DNA of 41,916 nt from contig NZ_SMNA01000019.1 in the NCBI RefSeq assembly GCF_004353825.1, forward strand, positions 1 to 41,916, written 5' to 3'. A program made the translations under genes and the position numbers. Positions 12,041 through 22,408 of the stretch are shown here, in pieces. The notes under the pieces were generated by a model. It had not been told where the DNA came from and made no database searches. It saw nothing but the letters and a program-made list of their open reading frames with translations. Numbering within the stretch: position 1 is the first letter of the stretch; each line of letters opens with the position of its first letter. The DNA comes from Occultella glacieicola. GTDB taxonomy: Bacteria > Actinomycetota > Actinomycetes > Actinomycetales > Beutenbergiaceae.

Positions 12041-12966
12041 CCACTGTCGTGCAGGTCGAGAACCTGCGTAAGTCCTACGGAGCCAAGGTCGCCGTCGCAG
12101 ACGTCAGCTTCGCCGTCGAACGCGGAGAGATCTTCGGGATCCTCGGCCGCAACGGCGCCGGCAAGACCACCTCGGTCGAGACCCTGGCCGGTCTGCGCCG
12201 GGCCGACGGCGGATCGGTCAGGGTGCTCGGCGTCGACCCCCGGAAGGACCCACAGGCGATCAGGACCGTCGTCGGCGTGCAGTTGCAGGAGGCCCGCCTG
12301 CCGGCCCGGATCACCGTGATCGAGGCACTCCACCTGTTCGCCTCGTTCTACCCGGACCCCGCGGACCCGGAGGAACTGCTCGGCATGCTCGGGCTCACCG
12401 AGCACCGCGGCAAGCAGTTCGCCAAGCTGTCCGGCGGACTCAAGCAGCGGCTGTCGATCGCCCTGGCGCTGGTCGGCAATCCCCAGGTCGCGATCCTGGA
12501 CGAACTGACCACCGGCCTGGACCCCCAGGCTCGACGAGAGGTCTGGGACCTGGTGGAACGGGTCCGCGACTCCGGCGTCACGATCATCCTGGTCACTCAC
12601 TTCATGGACGAGGCCGAGCGGCTCTGCGACCGCCTCGTCGTGATCGACGAGGGCCGCGTCGTGGCCGCCGGGTCGCCCGCGGAGCTGATCCGCGGCGGCA
12701 ACGACGAGCGCACCTTCCGGATGCGCCTACCCGACGGCGCGGCGGACCAGTTCGACCTGATCGGCTCGCTCGCCGACGTGCACACCGTGATCGCCGTCGA
12801 AGACGAGGTGGAGGTGACCGGCAGCACCCACGTGCTGCCCGCCGTCATCCTCGCCCTCGCCGAGTCCGGGATCGTCCCGGACGAGATCCGCACCATGACC
12901 AGAACGCTCGAGGACGTCTTCGTGGACGTGACCGGGCACGCACCGGAAGAGGAGTTGGCAGCATGA
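12037..12966 (+). CDS. ABC-2 type exporter ATP-binding protein
   Basis: GRNGAGKTT, LSGGLKQRL and ILDELTTGLDP; ATG 12037 overlaps the upstream stop. Confidence 0.94.
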   Translation: MTTVVQVENLRKSYGAKVAVADVSFAVERGEIFGILGRNGAGKTTSVETLAGLRRADGGSVRVLGVDPRKDPQAIRTVVGVQLQEARLPARITVIEALHLFASFYPDPADPEELLGMLGLTEHRGKQFAKLSGGLKQRLSIALALVGNPQVAILDELTTGLDPQARREVWDLVERVRDSGVTIILVTHFMDEAERLCDRLVVIDEGRVVAAGSPAELIRGGNDERTFRMRLPDGAADQFDLIGSLADVHTVIAVEDEVEVTGSTHVLPAVILALAESGIVPDEIRTMTRTLEDVFVDVTGHAPEEELAA

Positions 12967-13763
12967 GTGCCACGACCGCAGTACCCACGACCGCCGGGCG
13001 GCGCCCGATGCGCGGGCTGGGCGCCCTGACCGCCTCGGAAGCCAGGCTGTTCCTGCGGGATGTCGGCAGCGTGGTGTTCGCCGTGCTGTTCCCGGCGCTC
13101 CTCGTGGTCGGCGTCGGATACGCACTGCCGGGGATGCGCGACCCGATCGAGGGGATGGGGGCGCCCTGGGACGGCCATCTGGCCATCCAGCTGTACATCC
13201 CGATCGCCCTGTCCCTCGCGGTCGCCACGGTCGCATTGAGCACCCTGCCGACGCAGATCGTCACTGCCCGTGAGCTCGGGGTGCTTCGGCGGATCTCCAC
13301 CACACCGATGCGCCCGCAGGGCGTGCTGATCGCGCAGGTCGTTGTCAATCTCGGCGTGCTCGTGCTCGCCAGCCTGCTCGCCCTGGTCGCCGCGGCGCTC
13401 GCGTTCGGGCTCCCGGCACCCCAGTCCCCGGCGGTCGCGGCGCTCGCGTTCCTCGTCGGGGCGGCAGCGACCGCGGGTGTCGGACTCCTGATCGCGGCTC
13501 TCGTACGGAAGGCCTCCGCGGCCGGCGGCATCGGGATGATGGTCTATTTCCCGATGCTGTTCTTCGCGGGCATGTGGACGCCCGGGCCGTTGATGCCGGA
13601 CACGGTCGCCGCGATCGCCCAGTTCACGCCGCTCGGAGCGCTCAGCCAGGCGCTCACGGCCGCCTGGTTCACGGGCGAGTTCCCCGCCCTGCAGCTGGTG
13701 GTGATGGTCGCCTACATCGTGGTCCTGTACCCGCTGGCGGCGAAGCTGTTCCGCTGGCAGTGA
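12963..13763 (+). CDS. ABC-2 type exporter permease
   Basis: Six TM segments, RELGVLRRISTTP motif and C-terminal KLFRWQ typical of ABC-2 permeases. Confidence 0.92.
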   Translation: MSATTAVPTTAGRRPMRGLGALTASEARLFLRDVGSVVFAVLFPALLVVGVGYALPGMRDPIEGMGAPWDGHLAIQLYIPIALSLAVATVALSTLPTQIVTARELGVLRRISTTPMRPQGVLIAQVVVNLGVLVLASLLALVAAALAFGLPAPQSPAVAALAFLVGAAATAGVGLLIAALVRKASAAGGIGMMVYFPMLFFAGMWTPGPLMPDTVAAIAQFTPLGALSQALTAAWFTGEFPALQLVVMVAYIVVLYPLAAKLFRWQ

Positions 13764-13807
13764 GCCGGCGGAGGTGACCCGGCCACGGTGATCCGGGCTG
13801 CCGGACG

Positions 13808-13837
13808 CGCCCGGGGTGAGGCATCTCACCCCGGGCG
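13808..13837 (+). terminator. Putative terminator hairpin after the ABC operon
   Basis: Perfect 13-bp stem CGCCCGGGGTGAG-gcat-CTCACCCCGGGCG; no U-tract. Confidence 0.55.
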
Positions 13838-14024
13838 TCGCCGGGTCGGCCCACGGCCGGGTGGAACGCACCCGTGCGGGTCTGGCAGAATGGCCCGCTG
13901 TACACCGCTGGTGTTCGGCCCTCTCACCGAACAGCCGGCGTGTCCCGAACCCGATCCGCAGCGCCGGCCCCACTGGTGCCCTCGAACGGGCTCACCCATA
14001 CATGAACCAGGAGTGACCACCACA

Positions 14025-14522
14025 GTGGCCGTCAAGATCCGTTTGAAGCGTCTCGGCAAGATCCGGGCGCCGTTCTACCGTGTTGTCGTGGCCGACTCGC
14101 GCACCAAGCGCGATGGCCGCGTGATCGAGGAGATCGGGAAGTACCACCCGACCGAGGAGCCCTCCCTGATCGAGATCGACCGCGAGCGGGTGCAGTACTG
14201 GCTCGGCGTCGGCGCGCAGCCGAGCGAGCAGGTCCTCGCCCTGCTCAAGGTCACCGGCGACTGGCAGACCTTCAAGGGTCTCCCGGGCGCCGAGGGGACC
14301 CTGAGGCTCAAGGAGGGGGCCGCCGAGGCCGCCGCTGCGATCAAGGCTGCCGAGGACGAGGCCGAGCTCCGCAAGGCCAAGGTGTCCGAGGCGAAGGCCG
14401 AGCAGGCCGCCGCCGATGCCAAGGCCGCCGAGGACGCGAAGGCAGCCGAGGAGGCCGAGGAGGCCGAGGCCACCGAGGCACCGGCCGAGGCGAGCGCCGA
14501 CACCTCCGAGGCGCAGGCCTGA
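14025..14522 (+). CDS. rpsP: 30S ribosomal protein S16 with acidic Ala/Glu tail
   Basis: (M)[39 protein letters not shown] upstream of GTG 14025. Confidence 0.98.
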   Translation: MAVKIRLKRLGKIRAPFYRVVVADSRTKRDGRVIEEIGKYHPTEEPSLIEIDRERVQYWLGVGAQPSEQVLALLKVTGDWQTFKGLPGAEGTLRLKEGAAEAAAAIKAAEDEAELRKAKVSEAKAEQAAADAKAAEDAKAAEEAEEAEATEAPAEASADTSEAQA

Positions 14523-14761
14523 TGTTGGCCGATGCCCTCGAGCACCTCGTGCGCGGCATCGTCGACCACCCCGACGACGTCGAGGTCACCTCGCGCACGC
14601 TGCGCCGGGGGGATCTGCTCGAGGTCCGGGTGAACCCCAGCGACCTCGGCCGGGTGATCGGCCGCTCCGGTCGCACCGCCCGCGCGCTGCGGACCGTGAT
14701 CGGCGCCCTGTCCGCCTCCGGCGCCGTCCGGGTGGACGTGGTGGACGTCGACCGCCGCTGA
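14522..14761 (+). CDS. khpA: KH-domain RNA-binding protein KhpA
   Basis: 79 aa with DLGRVIGRSG KH motif, located between rpsP and rimM. Confidence 0.93.
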   Translation: MLADALEHLVRGIVDHPDDVEVTSRTLRRGDLLEVRVNPSDLGRVIGRSGRTARALRTVIGALSASGAVRVDVVDVDRR

Positions 14762-14779
14762 ACCACGAGTGCCATCGAG

Positions 14780-14815
14780 TCAGGCCCGCCCCGGCCACGC
14801 CGGGTGCGGGCCTGA
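14780..14815 (+). terminator. Putative terminator hairpin after rpsP-khpA
   Basis: TCAGGCCCGCCCCGGC-cac-GCCGGG(T)GCGGGCCTGA stem with one bulge. Confidence 0.5.
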
Positions 14816-14901
14816 TCCGTCCGCGGGCCGGACCGGTACCGCGGGGCGGGACGGGGTGGCCCCGTTTCCCCGCCACCTCGCCGATAGGACATGATCGACG
14901 C

Positions 14902-15438
14902 GTGAACGCTTCTGAGAGCCTGCTCCGGGTCGCGACCGTCGGGGGCGCCCACGGACTGCGCGGCGAGCTGCGCCTGGCCGTGCACACCGACGACCCCGAG
15001 AACCGCCTGGCCCGTGGCGCCGTACTGCAGACCGAACCCCCCGCCGTCGGACCCCTGACGATCGCCGCCGTGAGCCACCGGCAGAACCACTGGTACGTCC
15101 GCTTCGACGGCGTCGCCGACCGGACCGCGGCCGAGGGCCTGCGCGGCGTGGTGCTGCTCGCCGAACCCGTCGACGACGAGGAGGAGGACGCCTGGTACCC
15201 GCACGAGCTCGCCGGACTGCGCGCCGAGTCGCCCGACGGCGCCCACCTCGGTGCCGTCGAGGGGATCCGGCACCTGCCCGCGCAGGACGTGCTGGTCCTG
15301 CGCGAGGTCACCGGGGAGCGCACCCTCATCCCGTTCGTCCGCGCCATCGTGCCGACCGTCGACCTGCCGGGCGGACGGGTCGTCATCGACGCCCCGCCCG
15401 GCCTGCTCGCGGGCACCGAGCCGGAGGCCGGCCGGTGA
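14902..15438 (+). CDS. rimM: Ribosome maturation factor RimM
   Basis: [27 protein letters not shown] and [13 protein letters not shown] 14902 preceded by CATGAT. Confidence 0.95.
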   Translation: MNASESLLRVATVGGAHGLRGELRLAVHTDDPENRLARGAVLQTEPPAVGPLTIAAVSHRQNHWYVRFDGVADRTAAEGLRGVVLLAEPVDDEEEDAWYPHELAGLRAESPDGAHLGAVEGIRHLPAQDVLVLREVTGERTLIPFVRAIVPTVDLPGGRVVIDAPPGLLAGTEPEAGR

Positions 15439-16691
15439 GCGGGCGCATCGACGTCCTGACGATCTTCCCGGGCTATCTGGCACCGCTGGAGCTCTCCCTG
15501 GTCGGTAAGGCCCGCCGTGACGGCCTCCTCGACATCGGCGTGCACGACCTGCGCGACTGGACCAGCGACCGCCATCGCACCGTCGACGACACCCCGTTCG
15601 GCGGTGGGGCCGGGATGGTGATGCGACCGGACGTGTGGGGTGACGCTCTCGACGGTGTGCTGGTCGCCGACAGCCCGTCCCGCACCCTGCTCGTGCCGAC
15701 CCCGGCAGGGGCCCGGATGACCCAGGCCCTCGCCGAGGAACTGGCGCTGCTGGTGTCCGCCGGCGGTCAGCTCGTGTTCGCCTGCGGGCGGTACGAGGGC
15801 ATCGACGCGCGCGTCACCGAGCACTACTCCGGGCGCGAGGACGTCACCGTCCGGGAGATCTCCCTCGGTGACTATGTGCTCAACGGCGGCGAGGTGGCTG
15901 CGCTCGTGGTCATCGAAGCCGTCGCGCGGCTGCTCCCGGGGGTGATCGGGAACCCGGAGTCCCTGGTCGAGGAGTCCCACGGTGCCGCAGGACTGCTCGA
16001 GTACCCCGTGTACACGAAGCCGCCGTCCTGGCGTGGGCTGGACGTGCCGGACGTGCTGCTCTCCGGCGATCACGGCCGAATCCGGTCCTGGCGTCGCGCC
16101 CGCGCCGTGGAACGGACGGCACTGCGCCGGCCCGACCTGATCACCGGTCAGGGTTCGCCGCAGATCCGGCTGGCCCGTCCCGTGGACGCCGAGGCGATCG
16201 CCGACGTTGCCGCTCGGACCTTCCCTCTCGCCTGCCCACCCCAGCTGCCGGCCGCGGACGTCCGCGCGTTCATCGACGAGCACCTGACCGCGGTCGACTT
16301 CCGCCGGTACCTGCGCGACCGCGATCGTGACGTCCACGTGGCCGAGGTCGCGGGCGCCGTCGTCGGCTACACGATGACCGTCCACGGCGAGCCGTCCGAC
16401 CCGGACGTCGCCGCCGCGGTCACGACCCGCCCGACGGCGGAACTGTCCAAGTGCTACGTGCTCCCCGAACATCACGGGGCCGGGGTGGCACGCGCCCTGG
16501 TGGCCGCGACCGCGGCCAGGGCGCTCGAGCGGGGTGCGGGGTCGCTCTGGCTCGGTGTGAACCAGCAGAACGAACGCGCCCAGCGGTTCTACCGCCGGTG
16601 CGAGTTCGCCCGGGCCGGCACCAAGACGTTCACGGTCGGGACGTTCCGCGCCGACGACTACGTGATGACGCGCACACTCGCGGTCACCTGA
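15435..16691 (+). CDS. trmD: tRNA (guanine37-N1)-methyltransferase TrmD fused to a C-terminal GNAT acetyltransferase
   Basis: [31 protein letters not shown] and [10 protein letters not shown]; the last ~175 aa carry GNAT motifs ([28 protein letters not shown]). Confidence 0.95.
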   Translation: MSGRIDVLTIFPGYLAPLELSLVGKARRDGLLDIGVHDLRDWTSDRHRTVDDTPFGGGAGMVMRPDVWGDALDGVLVADSPSRTLLVPTPAGARMTQALAEELALLVSAGGQLVFACGRYEGIDARVTEHYSGREDVTVREISLGDYVLNGGEVAALVVIEAVARLLPGVIGNPESLVEESHGAAGLLEYPVYTKPPSWRGLDVPDVLLSGDHGRIRSWRRARAVERTALRRPDLITGQGSPQIRLARPVDAEAIADVAARTFPLACPPQLPAADVRAFIDEHLTAVDFRRYLRDRDRDVHVAEVAGAVVGYTMTVHGEPSDPDVAAAVTTRPTAELSKCYVLPEHHGAGVARALVAATAARALERGAGSLWLGVNQQNERAQRFYRRCEFARAGTKTFTVGTFRADDYVMTRTLAVT

Positions 16692-16867
16692 TTTCCGCCT
16701 GCACCGGCGGTATGGCAAACTAGGTCAGTCGCGCGGGCCGCGACGCGCTCTGCCGCAGGGGAGTGCGACTCAAGCCGCCCAGCAGCGCGACCACCACTGA
16801 CCTCAGGTGGCTCCGGCCGCCCAGACCATCGCGCGTGACCTGTGCGCACGAGCGGGAAGGCATCACC

Positions 16868-17224
16868 ATGCAGACTCTGGACAGTGTCGACGCAGGCTCC
16901 CTGCGTTCGGACATCCCCTCGTTCCGCGCCGGCGACACGCTCAAGGTGCACGTCAAGGTCATCGAGGGCAGCCGCTCCCGTATCCAGGTGTTCCAGGGCG
17001 TCGTGATCGCCCGCTCCGGCGGTGGCGTGCGCGAGACCTTCAAGATCCGCAAGGTCAGCTTCGGTGTCGGCGTCGAGCGCACCTTCCCGCTGCACTCCCC
17101 GACGGTCGACCACATCGAGGTCGTCACCCGCGGTGATGTGCGCCGCGCGAAGCTGTACTACCTGCGCAAGCGCCACGGCAAGGCCGCCAAGATCAAGGAG
17201 CGTCGCGAGACCCCCGCGAGCTGA
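16868..17224 (+). CDS. rplS: 50S ribosomal protein L19
   Basis: [26 protein letters not shown] and [10 protein letters not shown]. Confidence 0.98.
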   Translation: MQTLDSVDAGSLRSDIPSFRAGDTLKVHVKVIEGSRSRIQVFQGVVIARSGGGVRETFKIRKVSFGVGVERTFPLHSPTVDHIEVVTRGDVRRAKLYYLRKRHGKAAKIKERRETPAS

Positions 17225-17276
17225 ACGCAGTGACCAGCGGGCCCTCCGGCCCGCTTGAGGAGGACGGGACGGCGCG

Positions 17277-18113
17277 GTGACGCAACGGCAAGACGGCCCA
17301 CAGGGCCTGCCCGAGGATCACCCCGCCGACCCCGAGACCGACACCCCCGAGACCGCCGAGGCGACGCCGTCGGCCGGTTCCGACGACGACCTCGGCGGCG
17401 CCGCGGGTGACGACGACACCGAGGATGAGGACGCCCGGGCGAAGCCGCGCCGCGGCGCGCTCCGGTCCTTCCTGCACGAGTGCGTCATCGTGCTGGTGGC
17501 GGCCCTCGCGCTGTCGCTGATCATCAAGACCTTCCTGGCGCAGGCCTTCTACATCCCGAGCATCTCGATGGAGGACACCCTCCTGGTGGGGGATCGGCTG
17601 GTCGTCAGCAAGCTCACCCCCGGCCCGTTCGAGCTCGAGCGCGGGGACATCGTCGTCTTCCTCGACCCGGGTGGCTGGCTGGACAACCCCGAGCCGGAGC
17701 CGCTGAACCCGGTCGAGCAGGTGCTCACCTGGATCGGCATCCTGCCCGAACACGCCGATGAGCACCTGATCAAGCGGATCATCGGGCTGCCCGGTGACCA
17801 CGTGGTCTGTTGCAACGAGGCCGGCCAGATCACCGTCAACGGCGCGGCCATCGACGAGCCGTACATCATCGACGGCGCCGTGCCCAGCACCGACCCGTTC
17901 GACACCGTGGTGCCCGACGGGCACCTGTGGGTCATGGGTGACAACCGGCCCCGCTCGGCCGATTCGCGGTACAACGCCGCGTCGGTTGGCGGAGGGTTCG
18001 TTCCGATACGTAACGTGGTGGGTACCGCCTTCGTCATCATCTGGCCATTGGATTCGATCACGTGGTTGAGCAACCCCGAGGAAACGTTCGCCGACGTCCC
18101 CGACCCGTCGTGA
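17277..18113 (+). CDS. lepB: Signal peptidase I
   Basis: TM segment, catalytic Ser in [10 protein letters not shown], Lys in LIKRIIG, and MGDNR..SADSR. Confidence 0.96.
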   Translation: MTQRQDGPQGLPEDHPADPETDTPETAEATPSAGSDDDLGGAAGDDDTEDEDARAKPRRGALRSFLHECVIVLVAALALSLIIKTFLAQAFYIPSISMEDTLLVGDRLVVSKLTPGPFELERGDIVVFLDPGGWLDNPEPEPLNPVEQVLTWIGILPEHADEHLIKRIIGLPGDHVVCCNEAGQITVNGAAIDEPYIIDGAVPSTDPFDTVVPDGHLWVMGDNRPRSADSRYNAASVGGGFVPIRNVVGTAFVIIWPLDSITWLSNPEETFADVPDPS

Positions 18114-18841
18114 GCCGACCGCCCACCCGGCTGCTGGAGCGCGAGCTCCTGGCCGGTGGGCGCCGGTACGTGGCCGGCATGGACGAGGTCGGGCGCGGTG
18201 CACTCGCCGGGCCGGTGAGCGTGGGGGTCGTGGTCGTCGACGCGGACACCGGCCGCAGCCCCGCGGGCCTACGTGACTCCAAGCTGCTGCGTCCGGCGTT
18301 GCGGGAAGGGTTGTGCGCGCCGATCCGGCGCTGGAGCGTGGCGAGCGCCGTCGGTCACGCCGACCCGGTGGAGATCGACCGGATCGGCATCATCGCCGCG
18401 CTCCGGCTCGCCGGCACCAGGGCCCTCGCGGCGATCGCCGGTGACGGCATCGAGGTGGACGTGGTGATCCTCGACGGGAACCACGACTGGCTGACCGCCC
18501 CGGCCGACCTGTTCACCCCAGCGGCACCGACGCCGCCGGTGACGACCCGGATCAAGGCCGACCTCACCTGCTCGGTGGTCGCTGCCGCGAGCGTGCTCGC
18601 CAAGTGCGAACGCGACGCCATGATGCGCGAGCTGCACCTGGAGTTCCCCACCTACGCCTGGCATGACAACAAGGGGTACTCGGCGCCGGAGCACCTGGCC
18701 GCTCTCGGTTCGTGCGGTCCGAGCGTGCTGCACCGGCGGAGCTGGTCGCTGCCGGGCGTGGGCACCGAAGGCACCGCCGGTGCTGTGACCATGGACGCGG
18801 AGGCGCCCGTGGCCGCCGGAGGAGGCATGATGGACCAGTGA
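18110..18841 (+). CDS. rnhB: Ribonuclease HII
   Basis: [30 protein letters not shown] and NKGY. Confidence 0.96.
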   Translation: MSRPPTRLLERELLAGGRRYVAGMDEVGRGALAGPVSVGVVVVDADTGRSPAGLRDSKLLRPALREGLCAPIRRWSVASAVGHADPVEIDRIGIIAALRLAGTRALAAIAGDGIEVDVVILDGNHDWLTAPADLFTPAAPTPPVTTRIKADLTCSVVAAASVLAKCERDAMMRELHLEFPTYAWHDNKGYSAPEHLAALGSCGPSVLHRRSWSLPGVGTEGTAGAVTMDAEAPVAAGGGMMDQ

Positions 18842-19143
18842 GTGCAGAGGACCTGGAGAACTACGAGACCGACATGGAGCTCGCGCTGTACCGCGAGTAC
18901 CGGGACGTCGTGGGACTGTTCTCCTACGTGGTGGAGACCGAGCGCCGGTTCTATCTGGCGAACCAGGTGGACCTGCAGGTCCGGTCCGCCGGCGGCGAGG
19001 TGTTCTTCGAACTCTCGCTCGCGGACGCCTGGGTCTGGGACGTGTACCGGTCGGCGCGGTTCGTCAAGTCGGTGCGGGTGGTGACGTTCAAGGACGTCAA
19101 CGTCGAGGAGCTGGCGAAGCCGGACCTGGAACTGCCCCGATAG
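18838..19143 (+). CDS. DUF2469 family protein
   Basis: (M)[22 protein letters not shown] and DAWVWDVYR; conserved actinobacterial gene after rnhB. Confidence 0.9.
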   Translation: MSAEDLENYETDMELALYREYRDVVGLFSYVVETERRFYLANQVDLQVRSAGGEVFFELSLADAWVWDVYRSARFVKSVRVVTFKDVNVEELAKPDLELPR

Positions 19144-19256
19144 CACGGCGGGTCCCCTCCACAGGGGCGCCGCGGCGCCCGCGTGTCCACAGCCTGGGAC
19201 CTGACCGGTCCGGGCCCTGACCGCCGCGGGCAGCATCGCCTGCGGAGGTGGTCGCG

Positions 19257-19613
19257 ATGCTCGCGAAGGACGAGGTGGGCCGGTCCGGGGAACTGCTCGC
19301 CCGCAGGTGGCTGGAGCGCGAGGGGTTCGAGGTGCTCGCCGCGAACTGGCGCTGTCCGGCGGGTGAGATCGACATCGTGGCCCGGGATGGCGACGACGTG
19401 GTCATCGTCGAGGTGAAGACCCGGTCCTCGCTGCGGTTCGGGCATCCCGCCGAGGCGGTGGACCGGGCCAAACTGGCCAGGCTGCGCCGGTTGGCCGGAC
19501 TGTGGCTGGCCGAGCATCCGACCCGGTGTGCCGGGCTGCGGATCGACGTCGTCGCCATCTGGCACCCGGCCGGGCAGCAGCCGCGCCTGGAACACCTGCG
19601 CGGGGTGAGCTGA
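19257..19613 (+). CDS. yraN: YraN family (UPF0102) nuclease
   Basis: NWRCPAGEIDIVA, VEVKTR and RIDVVAI; start could alternatively be GTG 19248. Confidence 0.93.
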   Translation: MLAKDEVGRSGELLARRWLEREGFEVLAANWRCPAGEIDIVARDGDDVVIVEVKTRSSLRFGHPAEAVDRAKLARLRRLAGLWLAEHPTRCAGLRIDVVAIWHPAGQQPRLEHLRGVS

Positions 19614-19614
19614 G

Positions 19615-21165
19615 GTGGGCCTCGGCCAGACCTGGTCGGTGGCGTTGATCGGGCTGGTCGGCCACCCCGTCCAGGTCGAGACCCATGTGCAGTCGGGCCT
19701 GCCGCACTTCGGGCTGGTCGGCCTCCCGGATGCCTCCCTCGGGGAGGCCAAGGAGCGCGTCCGGGCCGCCGTGGCCTCCAGCGGCCTGGCCTGGCCGGCG
19801 TCGAGGGTCACGGTCAACCTCTCACCCGCGGACCTGCCCAAGTCCGGCTCCGGCTTCGATCTCGCCATCGCCGTCGCCAGCCTGCTCGCGGCCGGCCGGA
19901 TCGACGGCGACGTGGCCCGGGACCGGGTGCACCTGGGGGAGCTCGGTCTCGACGGCCGGATCCACCCGGTTCGGGGCATCCTGCCCTCGGTCGCCGCAGC
20001 GGTCGCGGCCGGGCACGCGCAGGTCGTGGTCCCGCAGGCCAACGCCGACGAGGCCCGCCTGGTGCCCGGCGCCGTGGTGCACGCCGCCGCGCACCTCGCC
20101 CACCTCGCCGGGACCTACGGCGCGGACATCCCGCGCCTGCTGACGGTCCCGGCCGCACCGGTGAGCCGCCCGAACGCCGTGTCGGCGCCGCGCTCGGGCG
20201 CGGTCAAGGACCTGGCTGACGTACTCGGCCAGAGCGAGGCCCGTCGTGGGCTCGAGGTCGCGGCCGCCGGGGGGCACCACCTGTACCTGGTGGGGCCGCC
20301 GGGCACGGGCAAGACGATGCTTGCCTCTCGGTTGCCCGGGCTCCTGCCGGACCTCACCGAGGCGGAGGCGCTCGAGGTCACCTCGGTGCACTCGGTCGCC
20401 GGCACGTTCGACGCCGCCGGCGGGCTCCTGGTCCGGCCCCCGTTCGAGGACCCGCATCACACCGCAACACCGGCGTCGGTGGTGGGCGGCGGTTCCGGGC
20501 TGCCCCGGCCCGGGGCCGCCTCCCGGGCACATCGCGGCGTGCTGTTCCTGGACGAGGCGCCCGAGTTCTCCGTCCGGGTCCTGGAGACCCTGCGCCAGCC
20601 GCTCGAGGAGGGTCAGCTGGTGATCCACCGGGCTCGCGGCGTCGCCCGGTTCCCGGCCCGCTTCCAGCTCGTGCTCGCGGCCAACCCGTGCCCCTGCGGC
20701 AAGTCGGTGGGGAAGGGACTGGACTGCACCTGCACGCCGATGGCCAAGCGTCGCTACGGTGCGCGGCTGAGCGGCCCGCTGCGCGACCGGATCGACATCC
20801 GGCTGGAGGTGCCGCAGGTCACCCGGGCCGAGCTGAACGCGGCAGGCCCGCCGGAGTCGACGGCGGTGGTCGCGGCCCGGGTCCGGGCCGCCCGGGAGCG
20901 TCAGCGCGAGCGACTCGCGGGCACGGGATGGGTGACGAACGCGGAGGTGCCCGGCTCCTGGCTCCGCGACCGGACCCGACGCGTCGAGCCGGCCGTCACC
21001 GTTCTGCTGGACGCCGAGCTCGATCGGGGCCGGCTCAGCCTGCGCGGGCTGGACCGGGTCCTGCGGGTCGCGTGGACGCTGGCCGACCTCGCCGAACGCG
21101 ACCGGCCGACGAGCACCGACGTCGGTGAGGCCCTCGGGCTCCGGATGGTGGGCACCCATGCGTGA
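19615..21165 (+). CDS. comM: YifB/ComM Mg-chelatase-like AAA+ ATPase
   Basis: VGLPDASLGEAKERVR, NLSPADLPK, GPPGTGKT, LFLDEAPEF and ANPCPCG. Confidence 0.94.
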   Translation: MGLGQTWSVALIGLVGHPVQVETHVQSGLPHFGLVGLPDASLGEAKERVRAAVASSGLAWPASRVTVNLSPADLPKSGSGFDLAIAVASLLAAGRIDGDVARDRVHLGELGLDGRIHPVRGILPSVAAAVAAGHAQVVVPQANADEARLVPGAVVHAAAHLAHLAGTYGADIPRLLTVPAAPVSRPNAVSAPRSGAVKDLADVLGQSEARRGLEVAAAGGHHLYLVGPPGTGKTMLASRLPGLLPDLTEAEALEVTSVHSVAGTFDAAGGLLVRPPFEDPHHTATPASVVGGGSGLPRPGAASRAHRGVLFLDEAPEFSVRVLETLRQPLEEGQLVIHRARGVARFPARFQLVLAANPCPCGKSVGKGLDCTCTPMAKRRYGARLSGPLRDRIDIRLEVPQVTRAELNAAGPPESTAVVAARVRAARERQRERLAGTGWVTNAEVPGSWLRDRTRRVEPAVTVLLDAELDRGRLSLRGLDRVLRVAWTLADLAERDRPTSTDVGEALGLRMVGTHA

Positions 21166-22327
21166 GCGGCTGCCGTTCGACCACCTCGACGACCGGCTGG
21201 CCCGGGCCGCGTGGAGCCGCCTGGCGGAACCGGAGGACCGGGCCGCGACCCGGCTCGTGGCCGCGCTCGGGGCCGGCCCCGCCCTGGACTGGCTCCTGCA
21301 TGCCGAACGTGGGCTGTACCCGGCCGTGCCCGTGCCGCCCCCGCGGGGGAACTGGGGCACCGCGGCCGCGCGTTGGGCCCCCAGGCTGGCCGGTCTCGAC
21401 CCGCGTCGGGAACTCGAGGTGATCGCCCGCCGCGGCGGGGAACTCATCCTGCCCGGCTCGAGGGCGTGGCCGGTCGGACTGGACGATCTCGGCGAGTGCG
21501 CGCCGCTCTGCCTGTGGGTGATCGGTGCCCGCGACCCGGCGACCCTCGCCGCCTCGTCGGTGGCGCTCGTCGGATCCCGGGCCAGCACCGCGTACGGCGA
21601 GCGGGTCGCCGCGGACCTGGCGATGGGCGTGCAGCCGAAGGACATCACCGTGGTCTCCGGCGGCGCCTACGGGATCGATGCGGCCGCGCACCGGGCCACC
21701 CTGAGTGTGGATGGTCCGGCGCTCGCGGTGATGGCCGGAGGGCTCGACCGCTACTACCCGAACGGGAACACCCGGCTGCTCGAGCAGGTGGCCGCCACCG
21801 GCGCCGTGGTGGCCGAGGCGCCACCGGGCACCGCGCCGATGCGGACCAGGTTCCTGTCCCGGAACCGGCTGATCGCGGCGCTCGCCCGGGCCACCGTGGT
21901 CGTCGAGGCGGCGTGGCGCTCGGGGGCGCTGAGCACCGCGTCCAGGGCCGCCGGCCTGTTCCGCCCGGTCGGTGCGGTGCCGGGCCCGGTCACCTCGGCG
22001 GCCTCCGCCGGCGCCCACCGGCTGATCCGGGAGTCCGGCGCGATCTGCGTGACCGACGCCGCGGAGGTTGCCGAGCTCGTCCAACCGGTGGGGACCGCGC
22101 TGCCCGAGGAGCCGGCCGTGGCCGCCGGGCTTCTCGACGACCTCGACGGCGAGCAGGCGCGGGTCCTGGACGCGTTGCCGGCCCGCGGTGGGGCGGTGTT
22201 CGGCGCCGTGGTGCGCAGTGCCGGGATGGACGAGGTGTCCGTGCGGGCCGCCCTCGGGTTCCTCGAACTGTCCGGCCGGGTCACCCGCGAGGGCGGGGCG
22301 TGGCGGCGGGCGCGGGTGCGCGGGTAG
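21158..22327 (+). CDS. dprA: DNA-processing protein DprA
   Basis: VALVGSR, VSGGAYGIDAAAH, RFLSRNRLIAA and VVEAAWRSGA. Confidence 0.96.
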   Translation: MRERLPFDHLDDRLARAAWSRLAEPEDRAATRLVAALGAGPALDWLLHAERGLYPAVPVPPPRGNWGTAAARWAPRLAGLDPRRELEVIARRGGELILPGSRAWPVGLDDLGECAPLCLWVIGARDPATLAASSVALVGSRASTAYGERVAADLAMGVQPKDITVVSGGAYGIDAAAHRATLSVDGPALAVMAGGLDRYYPNGNTRLLEQVAATGAVVAEAPPGTAPMRTRFLSRNRLIAALARATVVVEAAWRSGALSTASRAAGLFRPVGAVPGPVTSAASAGAHRLIRESGAICVTDAAEVAELVQPVGTALPEEPAVAAGLLDDLDGEQARVLDALPARGGAVFGAVVRSAGMDEVSVRAALGFLELSGRVTREGGAWRRARVRG

Positions 22328-22408
22328 GGCGCCGCTCGGCGGTTCCTGCCGTGACCGGTCGGCGAGCCGCCGCGCCGGTCGCGGCCGTGCGCGTGGCACG
22401 CTGGAGAC

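Noticed and set aside
19257..22327. yraN-comM-dprA as a novel defence or nuclease system
   Set aside because: Widespread, described cluster linked to transformation and recombination
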